This document shows, in pieces, positions 41,840-51,840 of a stretch of DNA of 64,000 nucleotides. The notes under the pieces were generated by a model. That model did not search any database, was not told the DNA's origin, and saw nothing but the letters and a program-made list of their open reading frames with translations. The first letter of the stretch is position 1, and each line of letters begins with the position of its first letter. The stretch lies in the NCBI GenBank assembly GCA_035551915.1, contig DASZMI010000023.1, positions 753 to 64,752 on the forward strand. Reading direction: 5' to 3'. Made by a program: the position numbers and the translations under genes. The stretch comes from Solirubrobacteraceae bacterium. Its GTDB lineage: Bacteria; Actinomycetota; Thermoleophilia; Solirubrobacterales; Solirubrobacteraceae.

Positions 41840-42766
41840 TCAGCCGTTCTGGGCGAGGAGGTTCTGCAGTTCGTCGATATTGTCGAAGTCGGGGCGTCCT
41901 CCGAGGTGGGTCACGGTGTGGGCGGACGCCGCGGAAGCAAGCCGGCCCGCTTGATGCAGCCCGGTGCCGCTGGCCAGCAGTACCGACAGGGTGGCGATGA
42001 GTGCGTCGCCACCGCCGGTGGGGTCGATGACTTGTACCGGGAGGCGCGGCAGGCGCAATTCGCCGTTGGCGTCCATCAGCAGGTCGCCGTCGCCCGCGGC
42101 TTGGACGACCGCCATTTCCGGCCCGTGCTCCAGCAGACGTTCGGCGGCAGCAGCCGCCGAGCTGAAGTTCGTGATCGCGCAGCCGGTCAGGTGGCTGATC
42201 TCCTCGGCATCTCCTCGCACGATGTTCGCGCTGTCGAGCGCAGCCATAGACGCTTCGCGCGTTCCGGCCAGATCGGCGACGATCCGCGCGCCCGCGACGC
42301 GTGCTCCGGACACGGCGGCAGTGACGGCAGCGACCGGCAGGGCGGTGGAGATCAGCATGACGGTCTCGGGATCGCACATCGCGGTGATCGCCTGCGCGTC
42401 GATCCGCGTATGCGCGTTGGCGCCACGACTCTCGATGTAGCGACGTCGACCGCCGGGTTGCACGAGGTGGACGATCACGCCCGTCGCCAACCCGGGCTTG
42501 CGGCAGACACCGCGCGTATCGATCCCGTCCGCCGACAGCTGTGCCAGCACCATCTCAGCGACATGGTCATCTCCGACCGATCCGACGAGACGGACCTCTG
42601 CACCCAGGCGCGCCGCACAAACTGCTGGATTGACTCCCTTCCCCCCGGCCGCGAATCGACTGCTCCACGCCACGGCCGAATCGGCATCGGCAGGAAGCTC
42701 GGCCAGGGCGAGCGAGACATCCCACGTGATAGGACCAACAACGACAAGCCGTACTGGTAGCGACAT
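41840..42766 (-). CDS. PfkB family carbohydrate kinase (ribokinase-like)
   Basis: GGKGVNPAVCAARLG, GSVGDD, DPTGGGD. Confidence 0.9.
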   Translation of the reverse strand: MSLPVRLVVVGPITWDVSLALAELPADADSAVAWSSRFAAGGKGVNPAVCAARLGAEVRLVGSVGDDHVAEMVLAQLSADGIDTRGVCRKPGLATGVIVHLVQPGGRRRYIESRGANAHTRIDAQAITAMCDPETVMLISTALPVAAVTAAVSGARVAGARIVADLAGTREASMAALDSANIVRGDAEEISHLTGCAITNFSSAAAAAERLLEHGPEMAVVQAAGDGDLLMDANGELRLPRLPVQVIDPTGGGDALIATLSVLLASGTGLHQAGRLASAASAHTVTHLGGRPDFDNIDELQNLLAQNG

Positions 42767-42972
42767 CAGCTCCCGAGAAGTGTCCCCGATCCATGCCGCC
42801 GTGCCTCCTGCACCTGTGTCGGATCGTCCTCCTTGCAGCGGCCGGGACTCCGGCCTGTTCAGGAGCGGTCTGCCTGCGGCAGCGCGGCCCCCTTTGGCGG
42901 GGGGGCTGCACACCGCAGCAACACGCGATCGAGACACACAAGCGCGTGGCGGGTAGGCCCGTCGATACGCGT

Positions 42973-43245
42973 CTACTTTCGCCTCGTCGCGTGTTGGGTG
43001 GCCTGGATGGTCTTTGGTTCGACGTTCTGGCCGTAGCGCGTCAGCAGCAGTGCCGTGAGCAGCAGCAGGACAAGGACGGTGGCGCTGAGGATGCTGAGCA
43101 CCGTGGCGCCGAAGATGAGGATCCGGACGCCGAGAGCGAGCAGTGCCGTGGCGAGCAGCCGGCCGCTCAGGCGCGCACGTCTCATCTCCCGCTCCCACGC
43201 CTGGTGTTGGGCTTCGTTCCTGGTGATGGCGCGGACGGTTGGCAT
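42973..43245 (-). CDS. Small hypothetical membrane protein
   Basis: Two hydrophobic helices; start uncertain. Confidence 0.45.
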   Translation of the reverse strand: MPTVRAITRNEAQHQAWEREMRRARLSGRLLATALLALGVRILIFGATVLSILSATVLVLLLLTALLLTRYGQNVEPKTIQATQHATRRK

Positions 43246-43294
43246 CGTGACATAGCTGGAGCGTCCGCGGACATGGGTCATGGGTCTAGCAACG

Positions 43295-43717
43295 TCAGCT
43301 GGGGAAGGAGCGCTCGGCCGGTCTCTTGGGGAGACACGGAGAGGCAGCCGCCTGGCCTCGAGACCAACCTTCGCGCAGGAACGGAAGGATCTCGGCCAAT
43401 CCGACGAGCTCAAAGCTGCGTTGCACCTGCGGGCCGCCGGGGACTATCACCAGGCGGGCTTGCTGTTGTCCTGAGCGCTTATGCAGCTCGAGCACTCCGT
43501 GTATCCCGGCGGAGTCGATGAAATCCAGGCCGCTGAGGTCGAGTACCACACATTCAGGAAGGCGCGCGAGCACGTTCACGATCGTCCTGCGCATCGCCGG
43601 CTGTTGCGCGAGATCCCACTCGCCCACCAGCGAGATCGTCGTTGTGGTCCCCTGCTCAGAGACGCCGACGCGCAGACGCAAACGGTCCGTCGGAGGGGAA
43701 ATCCTTGATGCGGCCAC
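43295..43717 (-). CDS. STAS-domain anti-anti-sigma factor
   Basis: SLVGEWDLA, VVLDLSGLDFIDSAG (phosphorylatable Ser), VQRSFELVGL; GGAGG RBS before GTG. Confidence 0.85.
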   Translation of the reverse strand: MAASRISPPTDRLRLRVGVSEQGTTTTISLVGEWDLAQQPAMRRTIVNVLARLPECVVLDLSGLDFIDSAGIHGVLELHKRSGQQQARLVIVPGGPQVQRSFELVGLAEILPFLREGWSRGQAAASPCLPKRPAERSFPS

Positions 43718-44005
43718 GAAAAACCTCCACAAATGCTTTGTTGTGGAGGAGCCGATCAACCAAAAAGGAAGACCCGACCGCCTGCCCTGCACTTCGCCAA
43801 GCCGAGGAGCTCCGCCCCCATGACCCTATAGTGAGCCTACCAGCGATAGCCCGCCGCGAGACGGCTTTGTCAACGACTCGACGCTGCCATATGCTGCCAC
43901 TACCGGCGTAGGACACGTCGGTCATCTTGCGCTCCGGCGGCTTGCCGTCTTTCCCTCTTCCCAGCGTGGGACCAAGTACTCAGGGAAAGGCGAGATGGGT
44001 GCGCG

Positions 44006-44431
44006 ATGAGCGCCGACACCGACACAGGCTCGAACGGTAACTCGCTGTATTCAGCGATCTCCAACACAACCGTCCGGCTGCTGCGCGAATACACCGGACG
44101 GGGACCAACCAAGGCCAGAACCACGATCCGCGACAACGTCGTGCTGGTAATGCTCGAACAGACCTTGACCAAAGGCGAGCAGGTCCTCGTCAACAAGGGC
44201 CGCACCGATAACGTGCTCGCGCTCCGCCGCGAATGGCAGGAAGCGATGCGCGACGAGATCAGTCACGACGTCGCCAAATTCACCGGCCGAACCGTCTTGG
44301 CGATGATGAGCGCCAACCACATCAACCCCGACCTCGCCGCCGAGATCTTCGTTCTCGATGGCCCACCCAACCATAAGCTGGACAGCGCTGGACCCGCAGC
44401 CAACTCTCAGCCGCCTACCGAGCGCGACTAG
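44006..44431 (+). CDS. DUF2294 / MpsC-family protein
   Basis: AISN...EYTGRGPTKART, LTKGEQ.L, R..Q.AM, TGRTVLAMMSANHINPD.AAEIF. Confidence 0.85.
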   Translation: MSADTDTGSNGNSLYSAISNTTVRLLREYTGRGPTKARTTIRDNVVLVMLEQTLTKGEQVLVNKGRTDNVLALRREWQEAMRDEISHDVAKFTGRTVLAMMSANHINPDLAAEIFVLDGPPNHKLDSAGPAANSQPPTERD

Positions 44432-44457
44432 ATCGCCGCGGATAAGCTCGGCGCGAG

Positions 44458-44946
44458 ATGCGCTGCGCGATTCTGACCGTCTCGACCTCGACCGCAGCCG
44501 GCCAGGCTGAGGATCTCTCAGGGCCGGCGCTGGCCGACGCCGCGGCCGGGATCGATGCCGAGGTCGTCGCGCAGGATGTCGTCGCCGATGATGCGGCCGC
44601 GATCGAGGACTGGCTGCGCGCGCAGGTACGGGCAGGCGTGGAGCTGATCCTCACCAGCGGCGGCACCGGCCTGACGCCCGACGACGTCACGCCGGAGGCG
44701 ACGCTGGCCGTGATCGAGCGCAACATCCCCGGGCTGGCCGAGGCGATGCGCGCCGAGTCACTCAGGTACACGCCGATGTCGATGCTCTCGCGCGCCGTGG
44801 CGGGCACCGTCAAGGGCTCGCTGATCATCAACTTCCCCGGTAGCCCGAAGGCGATCGGACAGCTGTTTCCGTTGGTTGCACCGGTGCTGAAGCACGCAGT
44901 TGCGACACTGCACCGGGAAAATGGACGACGCGACGAAGAGCATTGA
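44458..44946 (+). CDS. moaB: MogA/MoaB molybdenum cofactor biosynthesis protein
   Basis: ILTVS, TSGGTG..PDDVTPEAT, LSRAVAG, INFPGSP. Confidence 0.9.
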   Translation: MRCAILTVSTSTAAGQAEDLSGPALADAAAGIDAEVVAQDVVADDAAAIEDWLRAQVRAGVELILTSGGTGLTPDDVTPEATLAVIERNIPGLAEAMRAESLRYTPMSMLSRAVAGTVKGSLIINFPGSPKAIGQLFPLVAPVLKHAVATLHRENGRRDEEH

Positions 44947-45661
44947 CGCCGCCGCCTCCGGCCCCGCTGGGCCAGAGGCGGGCCCGCCGGTCATCGAGCT
45001 CGACGGTCTGACGCGCCACTTCGGTGAGCGCACGGTGCTGCGCGACGTCTCGCTGACGCTCGCCGCCGGGCAGACGCTCGCGGTGCTCGGCCGCAACGGC
45101 GCCGGCAAGTCGACGCTGCTGCGGATTCTCGCGACGCTGCTGCGACCGCACGCCGGCAGCGCCAGGCTCTTCGGCGAGCCGATCCCGCGGCAGGGCTGGA
45201 AGGTGCGAGGGCGGCTGGGGCTGCTCGGGCACGAGCCGCTGCTCTACCGCGACCTCACCGGCCGCGAGAACCTGGTCTACCACGCACGACTGCACCGGGT
45301 GACAGGCGACCGCGTCGAGGAAACCCTCGCGGCCGTCGGCATGCGCGACCGTGCCGATGACCCGGTCAGATCGCTCAGCCGCGGCATGGTCCAGCGGCTG
45401 ACGGTCGCCCGGGCGGTCCTGCACCGGCCCGAGCTGCTGCTGCTGGACGAGCCGCGCTCGAACCTCGACCCCGCCGCCGGTGAGCTGGTCGAGCCACTGA
45501 TCGGCCGCTCCTCCGGCGTCACGCGCGTGCTCACCAGCCACGACCCGCAGGCCGCACTGGCCGAGGCCGACCTCGTGCTGGCGCTCTCCGCTGGTCGCGC
45601 CGCGTACCTGGGACCCCCGGAAGGTCTCGATCCCGACACGCTCAGGAGCCTCTACGCATGA
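44921..45661 (+). CDS. ccmA: Heme exporter ATP-binding subunit
   Basis: GRNGAGKS, LSRGM, LLLDEP; upstream of ccmBC. Confidence 0.88.
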   Translation: MDDATKSIDAAASGPAGPEAGPPVIELDGLTRHFGERTVLRDVSLTLAAGQTLAVLGRNGAGKSTLLRILATLLRPHAGSARLFGEPIPRQGWKVRGRLGLLGHEPLLYRDLTGRENLVYHARLHRVTGDRVEETLAAVGMRDRADDPVRSLSRGMVQRLTVARAVLHRPELLLLDEPRSNLDPAAGELVEPLIGRSSGVTRVLTSHDPQAALAEADLVLALSAGRAAYLGPPEGLDPDTLRSLYA

Positions 45662-46329
45662 GTACGGCGGGCGCGGTCCTGCGCAAGGACCTGCTGGTGG
45701 AGCTGCGTACGCTCGAGACGGTTCCGGCGATGTGGCTGCTCTCCGTAATCACCTACGTGATCTTCCACTTCGGGCTGGGCAAGGACACGCTGCACGGCCA
45801 GCTCGCCGCCGGGGTGCTGACCGTGACGCTGCTGTTCGCGGCGATGCTCGCCGTCAACCGGCTGTTCGTCGCCGAGCGCGAGCAGGGCGGCTTCGACGCC
45901 TTCCTGCTGGCGCCGGTCGACCGCACAGCGATGCTGCTGGCCAAGGCGGCTGCGCTGTTCATCTTCCTGGCCGCGCTCGAGCTGGTCGCGATCCCCGCCT
46001 TCGCGCTGCTGCTGGCGCCGCCGTCGCTCGGTGGCTCGCTGCCGGCGCTGCTGCTCTTCCTGCTGCTGGCGAACCTGGCCTTTGCCGTGATCGGCACATT
46101 CGTCTCGGCGATCGCCGTGCACACCCGCGCCCGCGACCTGATCGGGCCGATCATCGGCCTGCCGCTGCTGCTGCCGGCGCTGATCGCTACCGCGCGCGGG
46201 ATCGGACCGCTGCTGGTTCACAACGCCAGCGGCTCGCCGTCGGCAAAGTGGCTGGCGGTGCTGGCGCTCTATGATCTGGTGAACGCGCTCCTCGCCGTTG
46301 GCCTGTTCGACTTCCTGCTCGAGGAGTGA
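45658..46329 (+). CDS. ccmB: Heme exporter membrane subunit
   Basis: LRKDLLVELR, F..EREQG, LLAK, LPLLLP. Confidence 0.9.
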   Translation: MSTAGAVLRKDLLVELRTLETVPAMWLLSVITYVIFHFGLGKDTLHGQLAAGVLTVTLLFAAMLAVNRLFVAEREQGGFDAFLLAPVDRTAMLLAKAAALFIFLAALELVAIPAFALLLAPPSLGGSLPALLLFLLLANLAFAVIGTFVSAIAVHTRARDLIGPIIGLPLLLPALIATARGIGPLLVHNASGSPSAKWLAVLALYDLVNALLAVGLFDFLLEE

Positions 46330-46344
46330 CTGACGTTTTTTCGT

Positions 46345-47073
46345 ATGACGACCCACGTTCGGCACCTGCGCGGGCTCACGATCGCCACCGCCGTGACGGT
46401 GACGGCGGCGCTGATCCTCGTCTTCTTCTACGCCCCGCTCGACGCGGAGCAGGGCTTCGTGCAGAAGATCTTCTACCTCCACGTTCCCCTGGCGATCGTC
46501 TCGCTGATCGGTTACTGCCTCGGCGGCGTCTTCGCGATCGGGTACCTGCGCACCGGTGAGCGTGTCTGGGACATGCGCTCCTACTGCGCGATCCACATCT
46601 CGCTGATCTTCTCGGTCGCCGGGATCATCGCCGGCTCGATCTGGGCCAAGGCCTCCTGGGGACACTGGTGGCTGTGGTCGGAGCCGACGCTCGTCTCCTA
46701 CCTGATCGTGATCCTGCTGTTCTGCACCTATCAGCCGCTGCGGTTCTCCATCGAGGACCCGGAGCGCCAGGCACGCTACGCGGCCGTCTTCTCGGTCGTG
46801 GCCGGCGCGTTCGTGCCGATCAACTTCATCGTCGTGCGGCTCTCGGTGGCGTATGTGCATCCGCGCATCCTCAACCTCGAGGGCGGCGCGCTGCCCGGGT
46901 CGATGAAGCTCACCTTCTACATCTCGCTACTCGGGATCGCGCTGCTGTTCGCGACGCTGATGAAGTATGAGATGGCCGCCAAGGAGATGCGCATCGAGAC
47001 CCGCCGGCTGCGCCGCGCCCTGCTGGGTGACGACGCCATTCGCCCACTCGGAAGGACCGCCTCACCGTCATGA
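46345..47073 (+). CDS. ccmC: Heme exporter CcmC (WWD domain)
   Basis: IFYLHVP, GSIWAKASWGHWWLWSEP, YVHP. Confidence 0.9.
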   Translation: MTTHVRHLRGLTIATAVTVTAALILVFFYAPLDAEQGFVQKIFYLHVPLAIVSLIGYCLGGVFAIGYLRTGERVWDMRSYCAIHISLIFSVAGIIAGSIWAKASWGHWWLWSEPTLVSYLIVILLFCTYQPLRFSIEDPERQARYAAVFSVVAGAFVPINFIVVRLSVAYVHPRILNLEGGALPGSMKLTFYISLLGIALLFATLMKYEMAAKEMRIETRRLRRALLGDDAIRPLGRTASPS

Positions 47074-47330
47074 TCGCCCTGTTCGCCGAGGCGCCCGCGC
47101 TGCCGCTGCACACGGCCGGCCCCTATGTGGCCGCCGCCTACATCGTGTTCCTGCTGATCGTGCTGATCTACGTCTGGATCATGGCCCGCAAGCTGACCCG
47201 CAACAGCCGCGAGCTGCGCGAGCTGCGGGCGCAGGTCGAGCAGCGTCTGCACACGGGGGCCGGCCCCGCTGGGCCAGCCCCCGTACAGGAGCGCGCCGAG
47301 GAGCCGCTGGAGCCGGCCGCGCATGAGTGA
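47070..47330 (+). CDS. CcmD-like small membrane protein
   Basis: YVAAAY plus a single TM helix and a coiled tail, directly after ccmC. Confidence 0.7.
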   Translation: MIALFAEAPALPLHTAGPYVAAAYIVFLLIVLIYVWIMARKLTRNSRELRELRAQVEQRLHTGAGPAGPAPVQERAEEPLEPAAHE

Positions 47331-48669
47331 GCTGCTGGCCATCGGCATCTCGCACAAGACCGCGCCCGTCGAGGTGCGCGAGCGCCTGGCGCTGACCGAC
47401 GCCCGCGCCATCGAGTTTGTGCGTGACCTGCACGGCGTTCCCGAGATCCAGGAGGTCGTGGCGCTCTCGACCTGCAACCGCACGGAGCTGTATCTCGTCG
47501 TCGATGACCCCGTCGAGGCCGAGAGCACGGTGCTGGGGATGCTGGCCAAGCAGGCAAGCATCCAGCCGACGGCGCTGGTGCCCTCGATCTACTCGCACCG
47601 CAACTGCGATGCCGCGCGTCACCTGTACCGGGTGAGCGCCGGGCTCGAGTCGATGATCATCGGCGAGGACCAGATCCAGGGCCAGGTGCGCCGCGCCTAC
47701 GACGCCGGGCTCGAGCGCGAGACCACGGGTCCGTTCACCAACCACCTGTTCAAGGCGGCGCTGTCGACCGGCAAGCGGGTCCGTACGGAGACCGCGATCG
47801 GGGAGGGTCACATGAGCCTGCCCGCCGTCTCGGCGATGCTCGCCAGGGAGGTCTTCGGCGAGCTCGACGGGCGCCGCGTGGTGATCATCGGCACAGGCGA
47901 GACCAGCGAGCTCGCCGCCCGTGCGCTCGCCGATGCCGGCGCCGAGCTCGTCTTCGTGGCCACACGCCGGCGCGACCGGGCGGTCAGCCTGGCCAGTCGC
48001 TTCGATGCCCGCAGCGTCCCCTTCGACGAGCTTCCCGAGGCGCTGATCGGCGCCGACATGGTGGTCTCGGCGACCTCTTCACCGCACCTGCTGATCGAGG
48101 TCGAGGAGCTCCATCAGGTGCAGGCGCAGCGTGAGTCGCGCCCGCTGCTGATCATCGACCTGGCCGTGCCGCGCGACGTCGAGGCGAGCTGCGCCGGAGT
48201 CGAGGGTGTCTCGCTCTACGATGTCGACGACCTCGAGGCCGTCGTCGCCCGCAACCGCCGCGTGCGTCAGAGCGAGGCGCGCAAGGCCGACGGCATCGTC
48301 GAGGAGGAGATCCAGAACTTCGCGACCTGGCTCGGCTCGCTCGAGGTGCGCCCGACGCTCGCCGCGCTGCGCAGCCACGCGACCGCGATCGTCACGCAGG
48401 TGCTCGCCGAGAACGACGGCAGATGGGACACGGCCTCCGAGCAGGACATCGAGCGCGTGCAGGCGATCGCGCGCGCGATCGTCAACCGCCTGCTGCACCA
48501 TCCGACGCTGCGCATCAAGGAGCTCCGCGATGAGCGGGTCCATGCGCGCATGGCCCTTGTGCAGGACCTGTTCGGCCTCAGCGTCGACGACGGCGATGCG
48601 CTGCGCGACGCGCCGGTCGAGGCGCAGGACCTGGCGGAGATCCGGAAGCTCCCCGAGCACAAGCGGTGA
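47323..48669 (+). CDS. hemA: Glutamyl-tRNA reductase
   Basis: SHKTAPVEVRE, STCNRTE, GLESMIIGEDQI, DLAVPRD. Confidence 0.97.
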   Translation: MSELLAIGISHKTAPVEVRERLALTDARAIEFVRDLHGVPEIQEVVALSTCNRTELYLVVDDPVEAESTVLGMLAKQASIQPTALVPSIYSHRNCDAARHLYRVSAGLESMIIGEDQIQGQVRRAYDAGLERETTGPFTNHLFKAALSTGKRVRTETAIGEGHMSLPAVSAMLAREVFGELDGRRVVIIGTGETSELAARALADAGAELVFVATRRRDRAVSLASRFDARSVPFDELPEALIGADMVVSATSSPHLLIEVEELHQVQAQRESRPLLIIDLAVPRDVEASCAGVEGVSLYDVDDLEAVVARNRRVRQSEARKADGIVEEEIQNFATWLGSLEVRPTLAALRSHATAIVTQVLAENDGRWDTASEQDIERVQAIARAIVNRLLHHPTLRIKELRDERVHARMALVQDLFGLSVDDGDALRDAPVEAQDLAEIRKLPEHKR

Positions 48670-49529
48670 TCAGGATCGGGACGCGCGGCAGCGCGCTCGC
48701 GCTCGCCCAGGCCAAGCTCGTCGCCGGCGCGCTCGGCGACGAGGTCGAGCTGGTCACGATCACCACCTCCGGCGATCGCGGCGAGGCGCTGGGCGACAAG
48801 TCACGCTGGACCTCCGCGCTCGAGCGGGCCCTGCTCGCCTGCGAGATCGACGTCGCCGTGCACTCGGCCAAGGACGTGCCGGGGGAGCTGGCCGAGGGCA
48901 CATGCATCGCTTGCCTACCCGAGCGCCAGGATCCGCGCGACGCTCTATGTGGCTTCGCCGATTTCGCGTCGCTCGGATCTGGCGCTCGTGTAGGGACGAG
49001 CAGCATTCGGCGAGCAGCTCAGCTCCGCGCGCTGCGCGACGACATCGAGGTCGTCGAGCTGCGCGGCAACGTCGACACGCGCCTGCGCAAGCTCAAGGAG
49101 GGTGCAGTCGACGCACTCGTACTTGCTGCCGCAGGGCTCGAGCGCCTCGGCCGCGAGAGTGAGATCGGCGGCGTGCTCGATCTGGTTCCGGCGCCCGGCC
49201 AGGGAGCGCTGCTGGTGCAGGCGAGGGCGGGCGACGCGCGAGCCCGTCACATCAACGATCCCCTGACTGAGCGTTGCGTCATGTCCGAAAGGGCGCTCGC
49301 GAGCCAGCTGAACGCCACATGCAACACCCCGCTCGGGGCGAGCGCAGTGCCCGCTTCCGGGCATGACGTGACGCTCAGAGCCTGGATCGGCCTGCCCGAC
49401 GGCTCCCACTGGATCACCGACGAGCTCACGGGCAGAAGCGAAGAGGTGGCTGCGCTGGTGGCAGAGCGGATGATCGCCGCCGGGGCGAGCGAACTGCTGG
49501 AGCGGGCCGCGGAGATGGCGGCCGCATGA
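48666..49529 (+). CDS. hemC: Hydroxymethylbilane synthase
   Basis: GTRGSALA, VHSAKD, GTSSIRR, RGNVDTRL, ATCNTP. Confidence 0.96.
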   Translation: MIRIGTRGSALALAQAKLVAGALGDEVELVTITTSGDRGEALGDKSRWTSALERALLACEIDVAVHSAKDVPGELAEGTCIACLPERQDPRDALCGFADFASLGSGARVGTSSIRRAAQLRALRDDIEVVELRGNVDTRLRKLKEGAVDALVLAAAGLERLGRESEIGGVLDLVPAPGQGALLVQARAGDARARHINDPLTERCVMSERALASQLNATCNTPLGASAVPASGHDVTLRAWIGLPDGSHWITDELTGRSEEVAALVAERMIAAGASELLERAAEMAAA

Positions 49530-51010
49530 CCGTCTACCTGGTCGGCGCCGGGCCGGGCGATCCGGGACTGATGACGGCTCGCTCGCTCGAGTTGATCGCC
49601 CGTGCCGACGTGATCATCCACGACCGGCTCATCCCCGCCTCCGCGCTGGATGGCGCGCGCCTGGGCGCGCAGCTGATCTACGCGGGCAAGGAGGGCAGCG
49701 GTGAGCAGGTCCCGCAGAGCGAGATCACCGCGATGCTGGTCGAGCACGGCCGCAGTGCCGACGTCGTGGTGCGGCTCAAGGGCGGTGATCCGTTCGTCTT
49801 CGGCCGCGGGGGGGAGGAGGCGGAGGCGCTGATCGAGGCCGGCATCGCCTTCGAGGTGGTGCCGGGCGTGACCGCGGGCATCGCGGCCCCCGCCTACGCC
49901 GGCATTCCCGTCACCCATCGCGACGCCGCCAGCTCGGTCGCGTTCCTCACCGGCCACGAGGATCCCCGCAAGCCCGACTCGGCGCTCGATTGGCGCGCGC
50001 TCGCCGCCTTCCCAGGGACGCTGATCGTCTACATGGGCGTGCGCCAGCTGGAAGGGATCACCCGCCGCCTGATCGACGGCGGCCGCGCGCCGGAGGAGCC
50101 TGCCGCGCTGGTGCAGCGCGGCACCTTCCCCGGACAGCGCTCGGTCCAGGGCACGCTTGCGACGATCGCCCAGGTGGCCGCCGACAATCAGATCAAGGCG
50201 CCGGCGATCGCCGTCTTCGGGCCGGTCGCCGCGCTGCACGATCGGCTCGGCTGGCTCGAGCGCAGGCCGCTTCACGGCGTCACGGTCGCCGTCACCCGCG
50301 CCCGCGAGCAGGCCTCGCGGCTGGCGGAGCGCCTGCGCGGCCTCGGTGCCGAGGTGATCGTCGCACCCGTGATCAGCACCAGAGCGCTTCCCGGTCCGGC
50401 GCCCGAGCTCGGCGGCTACGACCTGATCTGCTTCACCAGCCCCAACGGGGTCGATGCGCTGTTCGAGCGGCTCGAGAGCGACGGGCTCGACGCACGTGCT
50501 TTCCCGGCGCGCGACAGGGCGCGGGTTGCGGCGATCGGACCGGCAACTGCGCGCGCGCTCAGGCAGCGCGGCATCGCCACCGACGTGATGCCGACCAAGG
50601 CCGTCGGGGAGGCGCTCGCGGAGGCGCTCGGCGATGTGCCAGTCACTCGCGCACTGGTTGCGCGGGCGCGTGAGGCGCGCGATGTTGTGCCGGAGGCGCT
50701 GCGCGAACGCGGCGCCGAGGTCGATGTGGTCGCCGTCTATGAGACGCTCGTCGAGGAGCTCAGCGCCGAGCGGGCCGCGGCCGTGACAGCTGCCGACTTC
50801 ATCACCTTCACCTCCGCCTCGACCGTGCGCAACTTCCTGGCCGCGGTCGGCGGCGCCGAGGCATGGCTGGCGCGCGGCCAGTCACGGCCCCGCGCGGTCA
50901 GCATCGGGCCTGTGACCAGCGAGGAGCTGCGCCGGCACGGCCTCGGGCCCGACGTCGAAGCGGCGGAGCACGACATCGACGGCCTGATCGCTGCGATCAT
51001 CGGCGCGTGA
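49526..51010 (+). CDS. cobA: Uroporphyrinogen-III C-methyltransferase / uroporphyrinogen-III synthase fusion (CobA-HemD)
   Basis: [26 protein letters not shown]; HemD half VAVTRA, FTSPNGV, FTSASTV, SIGPVT. Confidence 0.95.
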   Translation: MTVYLVGAGPGDPGLMTARSLELIARADVIIHDRLIPASALDGARLGAQLIYAGKEGSGEQVPQSEITAMLVEHGRSADVVVRLKGGDPFVFGRGGEEAEALIEAGIAFEVVPGVTAGIAAPAYAGIPVTHRDAASSVAFLTGHEDPRKPDSALDWRALAAFPGTLIVYMGVRQLEGITRRLIDGGRAPEEPAALVQRGTFPGQRSVQGTLATIAQVAADNQIKAPAIAVFGPVAALHDRLGWLERRPLHGVTVAVTRAREQASRLAERLRGLGAEVIVAPVISTRALPGPAPELGGYDLICFTSPNGVDALFERLESDGLDARAFPARDRARVAAIGPATARALRQRGIATDVMPTKAVGEALAEALGDVPVTRALVARAREARDVVPEALRERGAEVDVVAVYETLVEELSAERAAAVTAADFITFTSASTVRNFLAAVGGAEAWLARGQSRPRAVSIGPVTSEELRRHGLGPDVEAAEHDIDGLIAAIIGA

Positions 51011-51840
51011 CGCAGAGCAGCATGCCGCCGGTCATCACGCTTCTGACCGATTACGGCGTCGCTGACGAGTTCGTCGGGGTGCTGCACGGCGTGATTGCCC
51101 AGATCTGTCCCAACGCGCGGGTGATCGACCTGGCGCACGGGGTGCCGCGGCAGGACATCAGGACTGGCGCTGGGATCCTGTTGCACGCGCTCCGCTACAT
51201 GCCGGTCGGGATCCACGTTGCCGTGATCGACCCGACCGTGGGCAGCGAGCGCCGCGCGGTCGCGCTGCGCCTGGCCGACGATCGCATCCTGGTCGGCCCC
51301 GACAACGGCCTGCTGTGGCCGGCGGCGGTGGCCGGTGGCGGGGTGGCGCAGGCGATCGAGATCTCGGCGTCACGATGGCGCCTGGAGCCTGTCTCGGCGA
51401 CCTTCCATGGGCGCGACATCTTCGTTCCAGTTGCCGCGCGCCTGGCGGCCGGGGAGCAGCTGGACGCGGCCGGGCGGGCGCTCGACCCCGCGCAGCTGGT
51501 GCAGATCGAGACCCCGCGCGCGAGCGCCCAGAGCGGCGTCGTGCTGGCGGCGGCGGTCGGTGCCGACGGCTTCGGCAACGTGCAGCTGGGCGCGGTGCAC
51601 GAGGACCTCGAGACCGCCGGTCTGGGGCTGGGCGACCGTGTGCGGCTCACGCTCGATTCGGGAGCGGTGCACATGGGGACATACGCGCTCACCTTCAGCG
51701 ACGTCGCCGATGGCGACCTGCTCCTGTTCGAGGACTCGACGATGCAGCTCGCCCTCGCTGTCAACCGCGGCAGCGCGGCAGATCTGCTCGGCGTGCGCGC
51801 CGGGCAGCAGCTGCGAATCAGCTCCGCTCGCGAGTCGTGA
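51007..51840 (+). CDS. DUF62 SAM hydroxide adenosyltransferase (SAM hydrolase) family
   Basis: ITLLTDYG, VIDPTVGSERR, GPDNG, SATFHGRDIF, DGFGN. Confidence 0.9.
   Translation: MTQSSMPPVITLLTDYGVADEFVGVLHGVIAQICPNARVIDLAHGVPRQDIRTGAGILLHALRYMPVGIHVAVIDPTVGSERRAVALRLADDRILVGPDNGLLWPAAVAGGGVAQAIEISASRWRLEPVSATFHGRDIFVPVAARLAAGEQLDAAGRALDPAQLVQIETPRASAQSGVVLAAAVGADGFGNVQLGAVHEDLETAGLGLGDRVRLTLDSGAVHMGTYALTFSDVADGDLLLFEDSTMQLALAVNRGSAADLLGVRAGQQLRISSARES

Noticed and set aside
42567-42794. AGGAGG + ATG upstream of the PfkB kinase, suggesting a frameshifted start
   Set aside because: Out of frame with an implausible product; the kinase has its own GGAG-ATG at 42766 and an intact N-terminal strand
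51007-51840. Fluorinase/chlorinase (halogenase) call
   Set aside because: Retains the DUF62 hydrolase-type Asp/Arg/His motifs (TFHGRD) and lies in a housekeeping context with no secondary-metabolite genes
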